Shown here in pieces: positions 42,614 through 51,047 of a stretch of DNA of 64,000 nucleotides. Position 1 is the stretch's first letter; each line of letters starts with the position of its first letter. Both the position numbers and the translations under genes were made by a program. The stretch lies in IMG/VR virus record IMGVR_UViG_3300020405_000002, positions 4,735-68,734 of that record, one strand, 5' to 3'. This DNA is from a virus. Under the pieces are notes generated by a model. The model was not told where the DNA came from and searched no databases. It worked only from the letters and a program-made list of their open reading frames with translations.

Positions 42614-43261
42614 TTATTTCTTTTTACCTTTTTGTTGTTTTCTATCTACATAATCTTGGTATGTTTCTCCAGGTTTTTTACTAGATCTACCACCTAATTC
42701 TTTAAACTCTGCTAAACGTCTAAACATTTCTCTAGTACGCGCCGCTCTTGCGTTGTGATCTCTTATTCCAAATTTAAATTTACGGAACTGCACATCAAAA
42801 TCTCTTGAGTTTGAATGAACACTTTCTTGACCTCTTTTATATGATCTTTCTAAATCTTTTAAATTTCTTGGACCACCTACGATAGCAGTATATTTACCTG
42901 CATCATCATAATAACCATGAACCATACCGGCGTCATCAGTTCGTATACGTGCTCTAGAGTCTGACATCCTGTTAGTTCCATCTTCTCTTTTTTCAAAATA
43001 ATAACCTTCTTGTCTTGCTGCTCTTTCTACAGCAGCTTCTGTTGGTTGATAAGCGCCTCCAGTTGTATCTGTGTTTTTTATTCTAACAGGTATACCATCA
43101 TCATCATACTCAAAATAATCTTTTCTATTTGAAGATGCGTCTTGTTCTTTACCTGTTTGAAAAAGAGCGGCATTACGCATCATCAAACCTGCATTAGATT
43201 TAAAAATGCTAGAGTCATCTATATTTTTTGGCTTGTTAAAGCCGTCCATTTTAAATGCCAT
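42614..43261 (-). CDS. Hypothetical late protein
   Basis: 215-aa ORF in the late operon. Confidence 0.7.
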   Translation of the reverse strand: MAFKMDGFNKPKNIDDSSIFKSNAGLMMRNAALFQTGKEQDASSNRKDYFEYDDDGIPVRIKNTDTTGGAYQPTEAAVERAARQEGYYFEKREDGTNRMSDSRARIRTDDAGMVHGYYDDAGKYTAIVGGPRNLKDLERSYKRGQESVHSNSRDFDVQFRKFKFGIRDHNARAARTREMFRRLAEFKELGGRSSKKPGETYQDYVDRKQQKGKKK

Positions 43262-43263
43262 AA

Positions 43264-43647
43264 TTAATCAAAAAAACTTTTAATTTTACTTTTAGCTTTA
43301 TTATAAAGTCTAGGTATTTCAACAGCAAGATCTGTAGCACCTCTTGTTTTACCAACATTTACTTTAACTTTACCACCTGCAAATTTTCTTTGCCCTGCAG
43401 ACGCTTGCATACCTGTTCCTTTTTCTCCAAGTGATAGTCTTTCTCTTCTTTCAGATTCCGATTCTTTTTTCTTGTTTCCTTCTGCTTGCATTAATGCCTT
43501 GTCACTTTTGCCATAAGCATATAATGCAGCTGATTTCATAGCGTTTGCTCCTGACTTAGTAAATACATGTGAATCATCTGTTGACATACCTTTTGTGCCA
43601 AAATGTTTCTGTGTGAACGGCACAGCCGTTTTTCCTGGTTTTCCCAT
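43264..43647 (-). CDS. Small basic late protein
   Basis: 127-aa Lys/Gly-rich ORF in the operon. Confidence 0.7.
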   Translation of the reverse strand: MGKPGKTAVPFTQKHFGTKGMSTDDSHVFTKSGANAMKSAALYAYGKSDKALMQAEGNKKKESESERRERLSLGEKGTGMQASAGQRKFAGGKVKVNVGKTRGATDLAVEIPRLYNKAKSKIKSFFD

Positions 43648-43658
43648 AATAATTGTTT

Positions 43659-43979
43659 TTATACGTTTTGTTTTCTATATGCTTCGGCTTCCCACTCTAA
43701 TTTTGGAGAACCTTCTTTCATTTTTTTTCTACTATACTTTTCACCTTTCCAATATACATAGTCATCATCATACGAAAGATCTTTTCTTAATATTTGATCT
43801 CTATGTACTTTTTCATGTTTTTTAGCTAGTTTTTGTTGAACAGGTGAAAGATTTTTATTTACAACTATTGTGCCATCGTTTAATGTAATACCATGAACAT
43901 CTTTACCTAAATTTTCTTTTAAAACTAAACCACTATCTAGTATCAAGTTTTGTATGTTATTTTTCATTTTGTAACCCAT
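43659..43979 (-). CDS. Small zincin-like metallopeptidase
   Basis: G.T..DGTIVVN..L strand, HEKVH (HExxH) and downstream WEAEAY third ligand. Confidence 0.7.
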   Translation of the reverse strand: MGYKMKNNIQNLILDSGLVLKENLGKDVHGITLNDGTIVVNKNLSPVQQKLAKKHEKVHRDQILRKDLSYDDDYVYWKGEKYSRKKMKEGSPKLEWEAEAYRKQNV

Positions 43980-44215
43980 AAATCTTGAAATTTATTTTTT
44001 GATACTATATTTTTCATAGGTGTTTCAACAACGTAGTTTGCATGTCTAAACTTATAGTTGTTTTCAGGATACATTAGCGTTCTATAACCTTTGTCATCTT
44101 CACCTAAAACTTTGAACTCTACACCTACCATAGTTATATCACCACCTTTTATAATATTTTGAGGTTTACTTACATCAGGACTGTTTTTTTTATAACCTTT
44201 TGTAGATGTCTTCAT
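43964..44215 (-). CDS. Conserved hypothetical phage protein
   Basis: 83 aa, GYKKNSPDV..ITMVGV..MYPENNYKF..VVETPM. Confidence 0.7.
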   Translation of the reverse strand: MKTSTKGYKKNSPDVSKPQNIIKGGDITMVGVEFKVLGEDDKGYRTLMYPENNYKFRHANYVVETPMKNIVSKNKFQDLWVTK

Positions 44216-44652
44216 TATCTTGTTTTGTCTTTTATCATGTTGTCTATTGCAAAACCAAAAACTTTATCTGTATAAGATTTGTTTTTTACAAAGAAACTTC
44301 TTGTTTCTGATATATCTTCTTCACCAAGTAATATCTTATATATTCTAGTTATAAGATGTTTACACTTGTATGATATTTTATATAAATTATATTTGTTTGT
44401 AGTTCTATTTCTTTTTTGATAAACAGTAATCCAACCATCTTTTACAAGACGCTCCCACCTGTGTTTATCCCAAGAATATGTATATACACCTTGTATATAG
44501 TCATTTCTTGAAAATATGCCTATACAATCAAAGTATATTAATAGTTCTAAATCGGCTTCTTTTAAATTATTGTTTTTACAAGCCCATTTCCTTACTATTC
44601 TATAATATTTAAATAATTGAAGTTCGCGTATGTCGTTTGCTTCTATTTTCAT
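44215..44652 (-). CDS. Putative winged-helix DNA-binding protein
   Basis: LKEADLELLIY..RLVKDGWI..LYKISYKCK resembles a MarR-like wHTH. Confidence 0.5.
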   Translation of the reverse strand: MKIEANDIRELQLFKYYRIVRKWACKNNNLKEADLELLIYFDCIGIFSRNDYIQGVYTYSWDKHRWERLVKDGWITVYQKRNRTTNKYNLYKISYKCKHLITRIYKILLGEEDISETRSFFVKNKSYTDKVFGFAIDNMIKDKTR

Positions 44653-44906
44653 AAAACAACGACTACGTCTTGTTCTTTTATAACATAAAGAAGTTCACCT
44701 TCATGTTCTATGCCGTAGCCAGCATGCCTGTCATAATATATGAAATCATTGTTACTAATTCCTTCAACATTAGTACCGACAGAGCGTACTTGAGCTTTTC
44801 TATATCGTATTTCATCTTGATGTTTGTCAGTTAAAATTAATCCATTTTTTTTAACTGGATCTGTTTTTATACGATCAATTATTAAATATTTATTGACAGC
44901 TTTCAC
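44649..44906 (-). CDS. groES: Co-chaperonin GroES
   Basis: MKAVNKYLII..KKNGLIL..VRSVG..YVIKEQDVV; directly downstream of groEL. Confidence 0.85.
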   Translation of the reverse strand: MKAVNKYLIIDRIKTDPVKKNGLILTDKHQDEIRYRKAQVRSVGTNVEGISNNDFIYYDRHAGYGIEHEGELLYVIKEQDVVVVL

Positions 44907-46462
44907 TTTTCTCTTACATTAGATATTACACAATCAGCTGACATTATAGTAGTTGCAACACTACATGCATTAATTAAGGCAGTTTTTGTTACAAGCAATG
45001 GATCTATTATACCTGCTTCATACATATTAATACTTTCACCTGTATTTATATCAATACCAAAGTTTTTCTTTTTTGATCTTTTAGCATTAATGTTTGCATT
45101 TTTCAATATAGTATGAAACGGTGCTTGTATTGCAGCAAGCAATAAATCATCATGGCCACACTTTGCTCTATTACTTACAACAGCATCCATAAAAGCTACA
45201 CCACCACCCGGAACTATACCTTCTTTAATTGCTGCTTTTACAGCATATATAGCGTCTTCTATACGATCTTTTTTTTCTTTTAATTCTATCTTAGAATTTG
45301 CGCCAACATATATAACACCTACAGAACCAGAAAGCATTGCTACTCTTTCTTCTAATTTCTTTTTTGCGTAAGGATTTTTTTCTTCTTTTATTTGTTTTTC
45401 TAACTGCTTAATCCTTTCTTTTATTTGTTCTGTTTGAACGTCTACAGTTATAACAGTGTTATTTTCATCTGTAACCGATTTTACAGCTTGACCTAAACAG
45501 CTATTGTCAATTAGGTCTAAATCATCACCGAGCTCTTCATTAATTACCTTAGCCCCTGTAATTATCGCAAGATCATCTAACATATCTTGTCTTATAGATG
45601 AGAAACCCGGTGGGTCAATAACATTGACCTGAATATTTCCTTTGACTTTATTCATTATAAGTGCAGACATAACTTGTTGTTCTACATCACCAATAATTAA
45701 TATAGCCCTTTTATTTTTAATTGCATATTCTAATACACTTTGTATTTTTCTTACAGTAGAAACTTTAGAATCTACAAGTAATATTAAAGGATTTTTTAAT
45801 ACACAATTATTTTTGTCTTTATCAGTAATTAGGTGCGGCGATTTAAGGCCAGAATCAAATTGTACTCCATCTACGATTTCTACGTACGTTTTTTCAGTTT
45901 CTGACTCTTCCATCAACACTACACCGTTTTTGCCGACTTTTATATATGCTTCTGCAATTATCTCACCTAATTCATTATCATTATTAGTTGAAATACTTGC
46001 AACTTGTTTTATCTCTTTATCAGTAACTATAGGTATAGATATTTTATCTAAGTATTTAATTACTTTTTGTTTTGTGTCATTTATAGATTTTTTTAAATCT
46101 CTAACATTACACTCTTTACCACAAAAATCATAATACAGTTCTAAAATAGCATGCGCTAATACTGTTGATGTAGTTGTACCATCACCTGCTTCTTTAACTG
46201 TTTTTTGTGCAGCTTCTTTTATAAGTGTAGCACCTATGTTTTCTACAGGATCCATTAAAACTACACTTTGTGCTACTGTTACACCATCTTTAGTAATTAT
46301 AGGTTTACCTAAAGCATCTTCATATATAACACATTTACCTGACGGTCCTAATGTTGATGCAACAGCATTATTTAACTTATTTACACCACTCATTATTTTT
46401 TTTTGAGCAGCGACGTCAAATGTTAAATCTTTGACGATTTCACTCGGGTTATTAAATTCCAT
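44903..46462 (-). CDS. groEL: Chaperonin GroEL
   Basis: STLGPSG, ITKDGVTVA, AGDGTTT, EKKDRIEDA, GIVPGGG, GIIDP; no GGM tail. Confidence 0.95.
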   Translation of the reverse strand: MEFNNPSEIVKDLTFDVAAQKKIMSGVNKLNNAVASTLGPSGKCVIYEDALGKPIITKDGVTVAQSVVLMDPVENIGATLIKEAAQKTVKEAGDGTTTSTVLAHAILELYYDFCGKECNVRDLKKSINDTKQKVIKYLDKISIPIVTDKEIKQVASISTNNDNELGEIIAEAYIKVGKNGVVLMEESETEKTYVEIVDGVQFDSGLKSPHLITDKDKNNCVLKNPLILLVDSKVSTVRKIQSVLEYAIKNKRAILIIGDVEQQVMSALIMNKVKGNIQVNVIDPPGFSSIRQDMLDDLAIITGAKVINEELGDDLDLIDNSCLGQAVKSVTDENNTVITVDVQTEQIKERIKQLEKQIKEEKNPYAKKKLEERVAMLSGSVGVIYVGANSKIELKEKKDRIEDAIYAVKAAIKEGIVPGGGVAFMDAVVSNRAKCGHDDLLLAAIQAPFHTILKNANINAKRSKKKNFGIDINTGESINMYEAGIIDPLLVTKTALINACSVATTIMSADCVISNVREK

Positions 46463-46477
46463 TAAATTAAATTTATA

Positions 46478-48691
46478 TTACTTATCTATTTTAGATTTTA
46501 ATATTTCTATATCTTTTTGTTGTTGTTTTACTGTTTCTACTAATAAACCTATTACACCATTATAATCAACTGTTAAATGTGAAGTACCCAGCTCAAGATC
46601 GTTAACCTCTTTAACTATACTAGGCATAACTTGTTGTACATCTTGTGCTATAATACCACCACTTGCTTTACCAGTTTTTCTCCAATCAAATGTAACACCT
46701 TTTATTTTTTTAATCTTTTCAATTGGATTATTAATTTGTTCTATATTTTCTTTAATTCTTTCATCAGATGCTATTGCGGTAGAAAAAGCAATAACGTCAC
46801 CATCTACTTGTAAATCACCATCTGCTTCTAAACGCATTTCATTATTTCCATTTACATAAAAATCAATTTTAGTGTTACCAGTAGTATCCCATTGTGTTCT
46901 TGTATTAGCCGCGTTAGGTAACGCTGATAATATAACATCATTTTTAAGTTTAGAAAAAGCAACTGCATTAGCAGCTATTTTAGCTTCAGTTACTGCTAAA
47001 TTATTTATTTTATTAGTTGTAACTGCACTTGTACCTAATTTTGTTTCTGTCACAGCGCTTGCAGCTATTTGTGCAGTACCAACAGCGTTGTCAGCTATCA
47101 ATGCATTTGTTATTGCATCGTCAGCAATAAGCGGAGTAGTTATAGCGTCATCAGCTATCATAGCTGTAGTTATAATATCGTTTACAAGATGATTAGCATC
47201 AAGAGCTCTAAATTCTAATGCATTGCCTGCAGAGTTTACTGTTAATAGTTGATGTGCAGAACCTATAGAACTAGGTGTATCTGTTAATGCGGTAAACGTA
47301 GTTGCACCAACTTGTGATGTGTCTACCCATTTTAAACCTTTATAGTTAGTACCACTTTGATTATTTGCATCAAGCGCTAATACTTTACCAGCCGTACCTG
47401 TATTTACAGTTGTAAAATGATTAGCATTACTAACTTTAAAATCTTGAAACTGTAAAGCGTTTGCTGCAGTGTTTATTGCTAACATTTGACCAGCACTACC
47501 AAAAGAATTAGGTGTATCAGTCATAGCTATAAACGTACTTGCACCTGAACCTGCTGTAGACCAAGTTAAATTACCACTACTGTCTAAAGCTAGTACTTGG
47601 CCTGTTGTACCTGCAGATGGTGATAGTTTTGCAGCTGTTACAGCGTTATTAGATATATTTGATGTACCAATTGCGTTTAATGTAGCTAACGAACCAGCAT
47701 CTGTTACATGCGACATTGTATGTGTGTGATCTGCTCTTGGTATTTTTGCAGCATTTCTACCTGTAACTGCGGTTTCTACATCTTTAAATGCAGCACTACC
47801 AAAAGTAAATGTTGGATCAGTACCTGAAAAACCTCCACCTAAATTAAACGTTAATGTTTCATTATTCTGTGTTATAGAGTTTAAGAAATAGTTTGCAGCT
47901 GAATTAGCAACCCATGTAAACCCATCTGCACCGTCTGATGTTAATGAGTAACCTGATACTGGAGCGTTTGATATTTTTAATTTTTCTTCAGTTATTGCAT
48001 CAGGCGCTACTTTTAATGTTGTTATAGCTTCATCAGTTATTTCATTTGTATCAACTGTGTCTTTATAAGCTAAAGCTTTCAATGCTGATGTATCTAAATC
48101 TGTTATTGCTAAACCTGATGCTAGCTGTGTTTTTATAGATGATACACTTTCAAAAGCGGCAGAACCAAAAGTAAACGAAGGGTTAGATGCGCCATTTACA
48201 GAAAATGTAAGAACATTACCATCTTTAGTTATACCATCTAAATAAAAGTTTGTGTCAGATATACTAGCTGATGATACCCAAGAAAAAGATCCATCACCAT
48301 CTGATGCTAATAATTGTCCTGAAGTACCATTTCCTGATACATTTAAATAATATGCTGTTATTTCGTTTTCACCAACAACTTGTGAAGTGTTAAATGTTGT
48401 TGTTGCAGGCATAAATGAAGATGCTGCAGAAAATGCAGCTGAACCTAGCGTTAGCTCTTGGTTGTCTATACCGTTCATCTGGAACGTAACAACGTTTGTA
48501 GATGAGTTTACTGTTATACCACTTAAATAGTAATTAGTGTCTACAGTACCTCCGGCAGATAATGATATAAAATCTATTAGTGATCCTACAGAATAATTAC
48601 GTGTTACATTAGTATTATTTGCGTCTGATCCTATAAGTATATCATCTCTTGATAATACTAAATCCCGATCGTAAGTTGATATTCTTGCCAT
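46478..48691 (-). CDS. Second tail fibre with C-terminal Peptidase S74 chaperone
   Basis: GQLL.SDG.G..SW and IADDAIT repeats; SDERIKENIE..GVTFDW..GIIAQDVQ..VDYNG. Confidence 0.85.
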   Translation of the reverse strand: MARISTYDRDLVLSRDDILIGSDANNTNVTRNYSVGSLIDFISLSAGGTVDTNYYLSGITVNSSTNVVTFQMNGIDNQELTLGSAAFSAASSFMPATTTFNTSQVVGENEITAYYLNVSGNGTSGQLLASDGDGSFSWVSSASISDTNFYLDGITKDGNVLTFSVNGASNPSFTFGSAAFESVSSIKTQLASGLAITDLDTSALKALAYKDTVDTNEITDEAITTLKVAPDAITEEKLKISNAPVSGYSLTSDGADGFTWVANSAANYFLNSITQNNETLTFNLGGGFSGTDPTFTFGSAAFKDVETAVTGRNAAKIPRADHTHTMSHVTDAGSLATLNAIGTSNISNNAVTAAKLSPSAGTTGQVLALDSSGNLTWSTAGSGASTFIAMTDTPNSFGSAGQMLAINTAANALQFQDFKVSNANHFTTVNTGTAGKVLALDANNQSGTNYKGLKWVDTSQVGATTFTALTDTPSSIGSAHQLLTVNSAGNALEFRALDANHLVNDIITTAMIADDAITTPLIADDAITNALIADNAVGTAQIAASAVTETKLGTSAVTTNKINNLAVTEAKIAANAVAFSKLKNDVILSALPNAANTRTQWDTTGNTKIDFYVNGNNEMRLEADGDLQVDGDVIAFSTAIASDERIKENIEQINNPIEKIKKIKGVTFDWRKTGKASGGIIAQDVQQVMPSIVKEVNDLELGTSHLTVDYNGVIGLLVETVKQQQKDIEILKSKIDK

Positions 48692-48700
48692 TTTGTATGT

Positions 48701-48886
48701 TTATTTTTTACAATACTTCAATAAAGCAGCTGATGTACCTTCTCTTAACATCCTAAGGTCTGCTGCATCTATTTTACCATTATTGTTTTTATCCAATTTT
48801 TTTTGTTTTGCTGTAAGTTTTAATGCAGCTTTTTCTGCTTTGCTAGCATGTACAGCCTTTCGCTGCGCGTCTGATTTATAACCCAT
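48701..48886 (-). CDS. Small basic protein with EF-hand/dockerin-like loop
   Basis: LDKNNNGKIDAADL. Confidence 0.65.
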   Translation of the reverse strand: MGYKSDAQRKAVHASKAEKAALKLTAKQKKLDKNNNGKIDAADLRMLREGTSAALLKYCKK

Positions 48887-48890
48887 TTTT

Positions 48891-49028
48891 TTATTTATTT
48901 AGTTTATCCCATAGTTTTGCTAAAACATCGATGCTCTCAATATCTATAACATGATCATTTAAGTAATCACTTATTTTTTCGAGAGTTTCAGCTTTTACAC
49001 GACTATGTAGTTTTTCTACATTTTCCAT
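48891..49028 (-). CDS. Hypothetical protein (45 aa, not in ORF track)
   Basis: MENVEKLHSRVKAETLEKISDYLND..; fills the gap. Confidence 0.55.
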   Translation of the reverse strand: MENVEKLHSRVKAETLEKISDYLNDHVIDIESIDVLAKLWDKLNK

Positions 49029-49042
49029 TACATTAAATTAAA

Positions 49043-49300
49043 TTATACTTTACGTGTGTGTTTTGTGTTTTTTATTTTAGTACCTTTTCCAAACCCGCTC
49101 CTATTTTTATTTACAGAGACCCAAGACATTGTTGTGTGATCAAAATCTTTACCATCAACGTTTCTACCCTCTTTCTTCGCCGCTCTGCGGCGTTTTTGAT
49201 TTGCGGCTTTCATTTTTCTTCTTCTTGGCGTTTTGGCGTATGCTAGATCGCGTGCTTTTTTAGCTGCCGCTGCTTTCGGAGATAATTTTTGTTTTGCCAT
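49043..49300 (-). CDS. Small basic protein with degenerate HNH-like segment
   Basis: GKDFDH..VSVNKNRS; strongly basic. Confidence 0.6.
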   Translation of the reverse strand: MAKQKLSPKAAAAKKARDLAYAKTPRRRKMKAANQKRRRAAKKEGRNVDGKDFDHTTMSWVSVNKNRSGFGKGTKIKNTKHTRKV

Positions 49301-49469
49301 TTTTTTTGTATTTACGCCAAAGTTTTTGAGCTTGTATAATAGTTATTTCTTTCCGATCTAGTTTTTGTCTTATTTCAGTGTAAACATTTAAGCTTTCACT
49401 CGATAGTTCTTTTGCAGTCACAGAGTGTGACATCACCACGGCAATCGCGGCAGTAAGTATATGTTTCAT
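49260..49469 (-). CDS. Small protein with signal-peptide-like N-terminus
   Basis: MKHILTAAIAVVMSHSVTA. Confidence 0.55.
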   Translation of the reverse strand: MKHILTAAIAVVMSHSVTAKELSSESLNVYTEIRQKLDRKEITIIQAQKLWRKYKKNGKTKIISESSGS

Positions 49470-49584
49470 ACGTTTGTGTGTTTGAGGCTAAAATTGCCTT
49501 TGTTAGTGCGTCGATACTTTTACGTATCTCTTTTAATTCGTTTCTAATGCCATTACTCTTGACATGTATAGTTTCTTTCTTCAT
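49396..49584 (-). CDS. First gene of the minus-strand arm; small protein with CxxC..CxC
   Basis: NGIRNELKEIRKSIDALT..CRDC..CDC. Confidence 0.55.
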   Translation of the reverse strand: MKKETIHVKSNGIRNELKEIRKSIDALTKAILASNTQTYETYTYCRDCRGDVTLCDCKRTIE

Positions 49585-49644
49585 TTCTGAATATAATTAT
49601 ACTTAATTACTAATTACATAAGTTACTAAATATTTAAGATCTAA

Positions 49645-49687
49645 TGACTTTAGCCTGTTACTATATAATTATTAATAGCTTATGTCA
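49645..49687. promoter_or_regulatory. 43-bp palindromic operator A
   Basis: TGACTTTAGC-C-TGTTACTA-N14-GCTTATGTCA; same length and architecture as 50922-50964. Confidence 0.6.
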
Positions 49688-49878
49688 CTGTGAAGGTAAA
49701 AAATATATTAGATATATTGGGGTGAAGTGCAGCAACTATACGGAGCGTTACCGTACTCGAACTGAAAACGCTTTTCTACACCCAGCCCCACCTTGATTTC
49801 TATTTCTGTAAAAAAACTTTTAGCTTTTACGCCCCCCGGGCCTAGGCCATAGTACAGAGCTTACCGTGTATAGCAACT

Positions 49879-49911
49879 ATACGAAGCATTCTTAACTATA
49901 AAATGATAATA
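49879..49911 (+). promoter_or_regulatory. Phage early promoter P1 (ATACGA-N19-TGATAATA)
   Basis: TACGA 49880-84, TGATAAT 49904-10; upstream of ORF 49961. Confidence 0.75.
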
Positions 49912-49960
49912 TATATGTAATTAATTTTACAACTTTATTATTAAATTAAAATTATATATT

Positions 49961-50212
49961 ATGAAAACAAGTAAAAAAGTAAAAGTAACAAAAGTAAAAA
50001 GATTTGTATTATCACAAAAGAACGTTAAAGACAAAGACTTGATACTAGAGTTTACTACACACGAAGGTGTAACACATCAGTACTCACCATCTAAAGTATT
50101 CGCACAATTAAAAGATAGATTTGAAGCGATGCCATGTTGGTCTAAGTATAAAAGTTATACTAACAGTAAAAATCTACCAAGATTTGTACGAGACTTAGAA
50201 ACTATTGTTTAA
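49961..50212 (+). CDS. Early basic protein, paralog 1
   Basis: 83 aa; has its own promoter; clear paralog of 50526-50780. Confidence 0.85.
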   Translation: MKTSKKVKVTKVKRFVLSQKNVKDKDLILEFTTHEGVTHQYSPSKVFAQLKDRFEAMPCWSKYKSYTNSKNLPRFVRDLETIV

Positions 50213-50252
50213 CCAAACGACCTGAGCATGTCATTAAACTGCTTTTTTTATT

Positions 50253-50351
50253 ATGAACTTTATAGAGATTTTAGAAACTATTTCACTTTACGGAGTATAC
50301 TGTGTAGCGATACTAATGATAATAAGTATACTTAACGCCTTCTTCTTTTGA
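50253..50351 (+). CDS. Small hydrophobic peptide (32 aa, not in ORF track)
   Basis: MNFIEILETISLYGVYCVAILMIISILNAFFF; TTATTATG start context. Confidence 0.45.
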   Translation: MNFIEILETISLYGVYCVAILMIISILNAFFF

Positions 50352-50443
50352 GAAGGTGTATAGCATGTATAGCAATGTATAGCAAAGCATAGAAGAGTGA
50401 AGAGCAGTGAAGCGAAGAAGAGTATGCGATATGTGTATAGCAA

Positions 50444-50476
50444 ATACGAAGCACTCCTCATTTAAAACTGATAATA
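50444..50476 (+). promoter_or_regulatory. Phage early promoter P2
   Basis: TACGA 50445-49, TGATAAT 50469-75 (19-nt spacer). Confidence 0.75.
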
Positions 50477-50525
50477 TTAATGTTATTAATTTAACAAAAT
50501 CTTTATAAATTTAAAATTATATATT

Positions 50526-50780
50526 ATGAAAAGTAAAAATTCAAAAGTAACAGTACAAAAGGTAAAAAGGTTTGTACTATCAAAGAAGAATGTTAAGCAA
50601 AGTGATTTGGTTTTATCGTTCACTACAAAAGAAGGCAAAGAATACAAGTATTCACCTTCAAAGGTATACGAGCAACTCAAAGAGCGATTCGAAGCAATGC
50701 CTTGCTGGCACAAGTACGGAAATTATACAAATACTAATAATTTACCTCGCTTCGTTCGCGAACTCGACAACATCGAGTAA
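50526..50780 (+). CDS. Early basic protein, paralog 2
   Basis: 84 aa; shares KVKRFVLS, YSPSKV, RFEAMPCW and NLPRFVR with paralog 1. Confidence 0.85.
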   Translation: MKSKNSKVTVQKVKRFVLSKKNVKQSDLVLSFTTKEGKEYKYSPSKVYEQLKERFEAMPCWHKYGNYTNTNNLPRFVRELDNIE

Positions 50781-50787
50781 CATTCAA

Positions 50788-50813
50788 AAGGTCAAGCATT
50801 GCGCTTGGCCTTT
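50788..50813 (+). terminator. Hairpin after paralog 2
   Basis: AAGGTCAAGC-ATTGC-GCTTGGCCTT, with only a short T tract. Confidence 0.5.
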
Positions 50814-50921
50814 ATGTATAGCAAAGCAGAGTAAAGAAGAGAAAAGTGTGCAAGAAAAGAAAAAGATGCTTGTATAGCAAAGCGAAGCGAAGAAAAGAAG
50901 AGTAATTCTTTACTAAAAGGG

Positions 50922-50964
50922 TGACAGAAGGGTGTTACTAGTCTTATCTTACTACCTATTGTCA
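50922..50964. promoter_or_regulatory. 43-bp palindromic operator B
   Basis: TGACAGAAGG-G-TGTTACTA-N14-CCTATTGTCA. Confidence 0.6.
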
Positions 50965-51047
50965 CACTACTTACAAGTTTTTCACATACTGGGGTTTTCT
51001 TTTAGACCTCCACTATATTTCCTACAAGTAAACAAGTTATCAACCTT

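Larger units (their letters stand above)
49866..50879 (+). repeat. Seven direct copies of TGTATAGCA interspersed with purine-rich (GAAGAG/AAGC) tracts
   Basis: Copies start at 49867, 50357, 50366, 50376, 50434, 50815 and 50871. Confidence 0.85.

Noticed and set aside
29451..48691. Diversity-generating retroelement acting on the fibre genes
   Set aside because: No reverse transcriptase and no TR/VR pair with adenine-specific differences was seen.
22..48881. Many plus-strand ORFs antisense to late genes (e.g. 7001-7540, 15395-15913, 17732-18316, 40100-40630, 45642-46133) and off-frame ORFs (22-315, 140-502)
   Set aside because: They lie wholly inside well-supported genes and have the S/F/L/I-rich composition of shadow frames.
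49043..49300. Active HNH homing endonuclease
   Set aside because: Only a DH..N remnant in a short basic protein, with no intron or insertion context.
49585..49640. Late promoter consensus for the minus arm
   Set aside because: Only generic AT-rich sequence; I could not find a convincing repeated motif upstream of late genes by eye.
50572..50877. 101-aa off-frame ORF overlapping paralog 2
   Set aside because: The alternative frame is explained by the conserved paralog, and its tail runs through the non-coding repeat tract.
50340..50910. CRISPR array
   Set aside because: The repeats are only 9-10 nt with irregular spacing, and no cas genes are present.
49645..50964. Invertible segment between operators A and B
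   Set aside because: The asymmetric TGTTACTA core is in direct orientation, the internal genes are co-oriented with the early arm, and no recombinase is visible in the window.
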